From assembly GCA_030141605.1 (NCBI GenBank), contig JAQGDQ010000832.1, positions 26,601-90,600 of the forward strand: 64,000 nucleotides of DNA. The letters are read 5' to 3'. Position numbers and translations under genes: made by a program. The notes below the pieces were generated by a model. That model searched no databases, was not told the DNA's origin, and saw nothing but the letters and a program-made list of their open reading frames with translations. Origin of the DNA: Tubiluchus corallicola (Eukaryota > Animalia > Priapulida). Of the stretch, positions 56,201 to 64,000 are shown one piece after another; positions within the stretch are counted from its first letter, which is position 1; each line of letters begins with the position of its first letter.

Positions 56201-59200
56201 TGATAAGCTTGAGCCAAATTTTGCATTAACTTGTTAAAAGAAAAATCCAAGTCTTTCGGGAAGTTCAGCTTATTTTATCATTTGAGAAAAATGTTAGAAA
56301 GTTTCACCAATAAAATTGTCAAGCTACTCGTGTAATTAATAAAATCAATTTAAAGTTGCAATTATTTCGCGCTTGGGCACACTCATTTTGAACACAAAAT
56401 GTCGTCATCCATTTACTATGGAGTACAACAATTATCAGGTCAGATGCTTATGTTTTTGCAGCTGCAGTTACTATTGTCAACTACAGCAATTCAAAACATT
56501 TGACAAGAGATTTTTAATACTATTTTTGCATTATGGTTAATCCCATTGCCCACTACATAATGAAAACCAGTTACTGACAATAAATAACACTCTCCAACTA
56601 GTTAGGCTAGTTAACCCCGACAAAGTAATGTAATAATTATTTTAACTAGCTAAAACTGAGCTTTGTAAGCTAAGTAACCCACCTGGCACATATTGTTTAC
56701 TTACAGCTTCGTAAAATTCCATGCTTACCTATAATTATATCATGTGTAGTACTTATGTATTTTGGGGTATAAACCTGTGGTCTGTGGATGAAAGCTATAT
56801 AAGCACTTTAAATTGTTGGTAATTGATCTGACGACTAATTTTTTACATAAACACAGTTAAATACAAAGATTTTATCAACTAGAATAGCTGAATTTCTGAC
56901 CATCAACTACAAGTTGATAACTACAAACTGCAGAAGTTTTGTTACACGTGCCATCCACCAGCTTATGTCATTTTATTCAAATATGCCTACGGCAAAGTTC
57001 GTTTGGCAGGAGATAAGAATGATTTAAATTTCTTTTGCATTTTTAAACGAGACATTTTATGCACATATATTGTGTGGTAATTTCAATGAGTCTAAGTGTA
57101 CATTATTTTAAATACAATGAATGTAACTATTGCAATTTCATTATATTGTGGCATTTGTTGTATGCATGTATAATTTTCTTGGTTCCCCATTTGGGGAACC
57201 ACTTTTCAAATTCAGCCATTGTTATAGTGGTCAGGTAGTTACTCGTCAGGTAGTCCATCATCAGTGCAATTGCAATAAAGATTAGAGAGTTAGGACTAAG
57301 CACAAATCACATAATGAAATTGGGTTGTATTGTGAGCCATGTGTGTAACAAATAAAACCCACTTGGGAATTTTTATATGCTATCCTTTGTCTAAAGGTGT
57401 TCTTGTTGGCTAATATTGAACTACGCACCTAATGCCAGAAATAAATCATTGATGTTTTCTCCCGTTTTTGCGGAGGTCTCAGCAAATAGCAGATCCCTTT
57501 CTTCCGCAAGCTGTTTGCCATCCTAAATATTTGAAAAACATTAATCAATAAATCACTCTACTGTTGTATTTGATCCAGAGAAACTGGGTTGAGAAAATAC
57601 ATCAAATTGAAGTAATTCTTAGAAGCATATTACAGCATGTTTGTAAAAGCAAGTCTAACGATCAGTAAGGAACATTTTAGTGTCATAGTATTACTTGGTT
57701 CTACGCAAATAGTACATCGTCTTTTGATCTTTTGTATGTTCTTTTGCCTTGACTGGAACTTTTTTATTTCTCATTTGCATTTTTAAGTTACATGACTGGT
57801 ATTTTGTAAAAATGCACTCCAAAGTTGCGCAAATATTGAAAGTTATTGATCAGAATTGTCCTCCATGTGAAATCCCGTTTCTGTTTTGATAGGAAAATAC
57901 TTATTTTGAATGAAACTATTTTTAACTCTCGTCACAGCATTAAAAACTTGTATATTATTTCACATGTATGTGAAATATATTATTCTGTTTGTCATCTGTT
58001 TACCTGATATTCAACCATCCTGCAGTCAGCAATATCTTTCTTATTTCCAACTAGAGCAATAACTATTTCTGCGCTGGCCTTTTTTTGAACTTCATCAATC
58101 CATGCTTTTGCAATTTTGAATGATGTCTGTAAAAAATGGCTAAAAAGCTATACTAAAAAGGTTGATATTTTTTTACATCACCAGATTGTGAACTTTGATT
58201 TGCTTAAGAACCATTGTTTTTGAAAACAGCGTAAATAATCAAAGTTCCACAGATTTTTGAGTGTTGTAAAAACAATATTGAATACCATGTTTGTTATGTC
58301 ATATACAATCAATGCAGCATGTGCCCCTCTGTAGTACATAGGTGCTAAAGAGTTGTATCTCTCCTGTCCTGCTGTGTCCCATATCTCAAATCTTACTGTG
58401 CAGTCATCCATGTTTATGTTTCTTGCTGAATATACAGTGGAAGTCGTTACTGTTTGTGTTGAAAACTGTGCTGAAAAATAAAATCAATTGAGGAACAAAC
58501 GATGATGAGTCTGTATCCTTGCGCTGCCTTCAAGTAAACATTTCTGGACAACATTTGGCTAGTTTCCATTGAAGTTTTCTAAAAAAAATTAGATGATTAC
58601 TAAAGATAAGTAAAATTTGATTATTTTTTCATTCTTAACAAAGTGTGCAGTTTTATTTAGATTGCATTAATTATTTTTAAATTTGCTTCTTTTCAACATC
58701 TGTTAAATTTTCAACTTTCTTCTTTTACAGTCCACATGAAGTCAAATTCAAGTAACTGTTTTTGTAGATCACATACCAGTTCCTGCTTTTGAGCAGATAA
58801 TTAGCTCCATTGGTCACATGTAAATTAGGCTACACCTTTTTATCTGACCACGACTAGAAAGTTCACAAAAAAAAACAAAATTGCACATGGTTTTTTCCTC
58901 AATTTCTATTTAATGACATAGTTCAATGTATATTTAACTAACAGTGCATATATTGTTTCAAAATGAGATGATTTCCTTACCTCCTATAGTAGGTTCTAGG
59001 TTTTCCTGAAAATAGCCTTTGGTGAATCTCAACACCAGGCTAGTTTTTCCTGTACCACTTTGACCAAGCTGCACCAATTTGATTTGCTTCATTTTTAATG
59101 GCTGAGATACCCGTTTTACCTGCTAGATTTTCTTTCCCTTCGTCATTACCATTTCATTGTACACGTTATTCACAACATTATGAAATCTGAATGTTTTCGG

Positions 59201-62200
59201 CTTTAGTCATGTTTAAATTTATTTTCTTTGGTTTATTCTAGTCTGCCTTTAACCCTAATGTTCCAATATTTGACAAATTAACCCTCTGTTGTTTTCTTTA
59301 AAGAGTGGAATAAATCACCTTTATGTCTTTTCGTGTTAGCACAACATTAATGCTTGAAAACTGGTTGAATAACATTTACAATAGTTTACTCATTCAGCGA
59401 AATACACTTAAAACACTCTGAACTGCTATAAATACACTAGGGAATTTCACTTGTTTGAAAATTGACGCACATGAGTAATGTGCCAGCACAACCTAAAGTT
59501 TCGTTTTGTACACAGTATACCACCCAAAGTACAAAACTAAAGTACATATCAATATTTGCATTCTGTCAGTAATTTATAGAAACACTGCTTGATCAAGACA
59601 AGTCACTAATAATTATGATGATATTTTTACCATCACTTTTCCCAACCATTTTAAACAGATTTTTATTTGTTTGGTTTTGTTGTTGTTTGTTAGTTTATCT
59701 CTTTGCTATTCGACATTTCTTCCATTTGTGTGTTTGCTTTTCTATTTGTTTACTGGCTCATTCGTATATACAAAACCAGTTTATTTTTGTACCTCTAGAA
59801 GCTTATTTTAATTGGTTTTTAGCATATTGATTGAGGGCAGCCACGTGTGTGGAATTTAAGAAATCGGCTAGAATGAACGGCTGTGTAAATTATTTGCAGT
59901 TTGTTTCATTTCACAGCAGCAGATCTACAGCTAACTGAAAATTTATTGTATTATTATTTACAGGCGTTATCTTCTGATGAATTACAAGTATTTGGTGAAA
60001 CAATAACAAATAATGAAAAACTTATTGCTGGCCTCACAGAAATTCTGTTTGATCTGGACAGCGAGGTAAAGACAGCCACATCGTTTATCCATTTCACATA
60101 TTTGTCGCCAAGGACGATGTGCTACATTCAAATAAAACATGTATAAACAGCCAATAATCTGCAAGTAATGGCTACTTTATTTTGTATATTTATATGTGTT
60201 TTGTGAAAACGTCCATGTGATTTTTGTGCTGCTCGATAATACGAAATGAAAGTTGAGTTTGTATTGATGTTTAAATACTGTATCATTTGACTTGCAGATT
60301 ATAATTTTAATAACCTTTTATACATATAGAGAAACCTTAATTTTTACCACGCTTGGCGTCAGTATTTGTCGTGTATTCAGCTGTTACGTCAGCTATTAGT
60401 AATTTGATATGTTGAAGAATTTTAACTCAGTACATTGATTTTTTTTCAGGTGATGGGCCCTGTATGTCATCAGTTGTTTGATTTATACAGAAGTCCAGAA
60501 ATTTCACTAAGGAGGTTTGCTATGCAGTTTATACCTTCACTTATCCATGTTTACCTAGAAGCTGTTTCTAGTAACAACAAGGATTCATCTAGTAGTATTG
60601 AAACTTTACTATTAGGCATTTATAATCTTGTAAGTATTTATTGTTTTTTATATTGAGACATAGTTTAACTTTGTTTTTACATTAAACTGGAAAGCTTTGA
60701 GTGTATCCTGTCGTGTTATCTGTTTTGCCTCGTATTAGGTCATCTGGAATTTTGAAAAGGGGTTACTGTTATTGCTTTAACAAGAATTTAACACAAGGTT
60801 GATTCTGATGATCAACATCAAAGCTGAAGTCATCCTCCGATTATTAGAGAAATGCATAGAAATGTATCTTCCCATTTCATCGCCAGCATTTGTAGAAAAA
60901 CATTGTACTTATTGGGACAAAATTAAACCCTGAGCTTCACTATAAGCTCAAAGTGTCCTCCCCTCACCTGAAAAGTTACTTGATCCATGGACAGGCCCAG
61001 GAAGCTTTGCTTATAGATCTATTGCTTTTGTAGATTGGCCAGATTATTTTCAGTTTTTTTATGGAATTACAAAAAACGTTAGTTAAAATCAAACGTGAAA
61101 AGAGCCCTTCAAACAATTTATACTAATAGAAACTTGTTTATTCAATTTTTAAAATAATTGATTCAGTTATATTTACCAGTTGATGTTAAGCTGTTAATGA
61201 TTATAGTCTGTGTATACATGACTCGTTGACTAATTATCATTGTAGGTGGTCAGTAAAAATGGGTCATCAACCAAATCAACATTCCGGATACCAGTTCTTT
61301 CACAACCTTCAGTTTATCATGAAGTAAGTTTTAGGGTATTACCATGTTGTAGTGGATAAGCATTTTCATATTTCAAATATAATTTCTTTGTTTTTCCAAC
61401 TATGTCTTGACATTAAGCATATAACTAATTAGAACAAAGTGTAATCAGTTGTTATCGAGTGTTTTCTGTAGTTATGTTATGTTCATTTATTATTTGTGTC
61501 TAGTTAGTATTAAGAACTAATCTCAAACGTACCATTATTGTTATTTATGAAATCTCAAAATTGTGCTATCAAGTGGACATTGCGGATGACAGTATGCTGT
61601 TAAATTATTAAGAGCACATTTTTCTTGCCATCAATTTAGTTAAATTCTTCTGCTAGAAAATATAACGTTTCTCATTTGATTATGGCACTTATGATGGCAT
61701 AATAAATTTTTAACTCGATGCGTGCTGGAGCAGTTTTTATGAGTTACATGACTTTGTTAAGGAGGAATTACTTAATACAGTAGGTGCCGCTTAATATACT
61801 CACGGTTAATAGACTAAATCACTTAACTGACTCAAACGCCTGGAACAGACCGCTTCTATTCAAATATACAACCTCTGAGCGAGAAAATTAGGCAGCCGAC
61901 TTTGAAGGAATTTTTGTAATTTTTCCAAATAAACAGACTTAGAAAAGTCAGTGATTTAGAAAAGTATACTTTTTAATTTATTGCTTATTCACTTATATAA
62001 ATTAATATTGTAAAATATTGTTTCTAATTTTTAAGCGCACAAAGGAATTTAGGCATTACTTCGTTTCTAAAATTCATTAAAACCTTTGCAGTGCATCATA
62101 AGCTAATGATGACTCATACTTCTGTAATACGACACCCATCGGTTAATAGGTTCAGTCGGTTATCTGAGTCAAAGCACGTCGGTCCCAAAGTGAGTCTATT

Positions 62201-64000
62201 AAGCGGTGTCTACTGTAGTAGGAATTAAAGTGGTTCTACATCTACTTATATGAATAATAGATAAAACAAAAAATAAATAAATAAAAATAGACGAATTCGT
62301 TTCTTGTATTTATGAGTCAATTTAAAACAGTGATTGCTTAATTTTTCTGCTTAATAACGAAACTCTCGTAAAAACTGGTTTGGTTAGCTTAAAATTTCCA
62401 AATGAATTTTGCATTGTGTCACATGAACTTATCACAGACTTGCATTTAGAATTTTTTCAAATCTTACAGAAAATAGCAGCTGAGCCTGGTACTCTCACAG
62501 AACATGCTTTATCTAGATACGAACAAAAGGAGCCACGAATAGTGACTCTTAAATCATTTCCTGTGATTGAAAATATTACTGCTAGCAGCAGGTAAGTGCT
62601 TAGGTGTAAAAACCAGTTCTGTTATCTTGATACCTTTTCATTTAATCTAAAAACAAGTTTCAGTACATCAACATGCTAAAGTGTTTTAACAAATATTAAC
62701 CCAAAAATAAACAGTTTGTCTACCAATCATCAGAATACTCTTTAACTATTAATTGCTAGGGTATTACAAATATTTGTGGTCTTGATTTTTGAGAATAATA
62801 GTTAATAATGGAATAAACGACAGTTATGGAAATTTTTGATACCAATTTAACTGAAAGAAAAGAAATGTGAAACCTCAGTACTAAATTTGGATTTACCAGC
62901 CTTTTCAAGTGTTAGTTTGCTCATGCTAAAGCCATAGCTAATTAGATTATTTTTTGTTATCAATTTAGACTCTGGAATGATCCATCAGTAATTAAATAAT
63001 TATTTTTGAAATATTTTAAGCCATTCACTTTTGCAATAAATTGGGTATACTTTCAATCTGGAAAATTGTTCAACTACATTTATTTACACTTGGTGAAGAA
63101 TTGCGGCCTTTTCACTTTTCTTAGTGATGCTACTTGAGAATGATATGTCTATATTTGTTTAGGTTCTTAATTTTATCCAAGCTGTTAGACTGTTATTATT
63201 CTGACATCAGTAATATGACATCAGATTCCTTTCATTCTTTGTGCCACATGGCTACAAGGTATGCAAGCTTAATTTTACCGACTATTTTTTGAGGTTGAGA
63301 TATATTTGAGACTCTTATTTGAGTAGATAAGTAAATATAGATGTAAACAACAGAACTGAAAATGTGTAATGCACGTGAGCTGAACAGCTCTGATTTTTTG
63401 CGAAGACGAACCTCATACATTTTCACACTTACATACTTCCATATAAGACTTTATTATAGACATTTGTATCCTAGCGGTTTCATTTCTTTTTGTAAATAGA
63501 ACTTGTGGTTTTTATTGAACTTTAGAGCCATTGTTAAACATCTGTTTTTTGCAGAGTGTCATTGCCAGGGGGAAATGCCGGTGCAAGCCTGTCAAATAGT
63601 AAGCTGTCTTCTAAGTGACTTGCTGTATGTTTTTCTTTCTTTATCCCTGCTTTATTGTAGGCTTACAGATCTATGCAGCAGATTGCCGATGCCAGGGAAC
63701 AATTTCCATCTTTTTGTATTCCAATGGTTTTGCTTGCTGCAACTATCAGCAATAATGTTCCTGGCACTGAATTCTCTCTCGGTGCTGACACAGCTCTTAA
63801 TGAAATTGCTGAGGTGAGTTTCCATGCTTTTCTAACTATACACTTGAGTGATTATAGCTTTGGAACTGCTATTATCCACATTGTTCCTTGATGAACAGTG
63901 ATATACTTTTATTACTTGCTAGTACAGTCTAAAATTAGTATCACATTCACGTTCTTGTGCTGTTTTTACAGAATTACGACTAGCCACAAGATCATCATCA
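53273..64000 (+). CDS. FAM126A: hyccin / FAM126-like (PI4KA complex subunit), 5' part; continues beyond the window
   Basis: Exons 53273-53326 ([18 protein letters not shown]), 59964-60065, 60450-60629 ([12 protein letters not shown]...QFIPSL...[11 protein letters not shown]), 61246-61323 ([14 protein letters not shown]), 62470-62591 (LTEHALS...ITASSR) and 63163-63258 (FLILSKLL...SLCHMATR), then probably 63555-63598 and 63972->64000. EWLS, PVCHQLF.+YRS, LLLG+YNL and PS+YHE are hyccin motifs. The last two exons are supported by phase and splice sites only. Paralog (FAM126A vs B) cannot be resolved. Confidence 0.88.
55447..59092 (-). CDS. Rab5-subfamily small GTPase (Rab5/22/31-like, divergent), 5 exons, 203 aa, nested antisense in hyccin intron 1
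   Basis: Minus-strand exons 59092-58981, 58470-58286, 58126-58004, 57522-57429 and 55544-55447 splice in phase (612 nt). G1 [17 protein letters not shown]3 [23 protein letters not shown] (Rab5-type), G4 GNKKD, G5 ETSAK, C-terminal prenylation site CCK*. Confidence 0.9.
61778..62215. mobile_element. pogo/Tigger-type MITE in a hyccin intron
   Basis: TIRs CAGTAGGTGCCGCTTAATATACTCAC / GTGAGTCTATTAAGCGGTGTCTACTG; TA on both flanks; same family as 2628-3120. Confidence 0.85.
63661..63813 (+). other. PFK: isolated 6-phosphofructokinase (PFK) coding exon, C-terminal regulatory half
   Basis: 153 nt, phase 0-0, acceptor TTTATTGTAG| and donor GAG|GTGAGT; translates [51 protein letters not shown], containing the eukaryotic PFK motif ATISNNVPG(T/S)(E/D)FS(L/V)GADTALN. 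No stops. No other PFK exons were seen in the window. Confidence 0.85.

Noticed and set aside
63503-63891. Hyccin-PFK in-frame fusion protein
   Set aside because: The phases are incompatible: hyccin exons end in phase 2 (63258) or phase 1 (63598) while the PFK exon is phase 0-0, and the following exon has a stop in PFK's frame.

Overview
This window is AT-rich, intron-rich animal (invertebrate-like) nuclear DNA, not prokaryotic, so most short ORFs in the track are spurious or are single exons read into introns. Manual splicing at GT-AG boundaries recovers five host genes: WDFY2-like (+, 12 exons, 405 aa, one U12-type intron); ACSL3/4-like long-chain acyl-CoA synthetase (-, 15 exons, 711 aa), tail-to-tail with WDFY2; TMEM256-like (+, 4 exons), head-to-head with ACSL; hyccin/FAM126-like (+, runs off the window end); and a complete 5-exon Rab5-subfamily GTPase nested antisense in the first coding intron of hyccin. 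Introns and intergenic DNA hold many hAT and pogo/Tigger elements (several with TIRs and TSDs), CR1/L2 and RTE LINE remnants, a miniature LTR element, and a GC-rich 5'-truncated R2-superfamily fragment with an intact endonuclease frame and a structured 3' UTR. The most unusual observation is a single intact phosphofructokinase exon with good splice sites inside a hyccin intron. It is out of phase with hyccin, and no other PFK exons were seen in the window. All homology calls come from motif recognition by eye; no searches were run.
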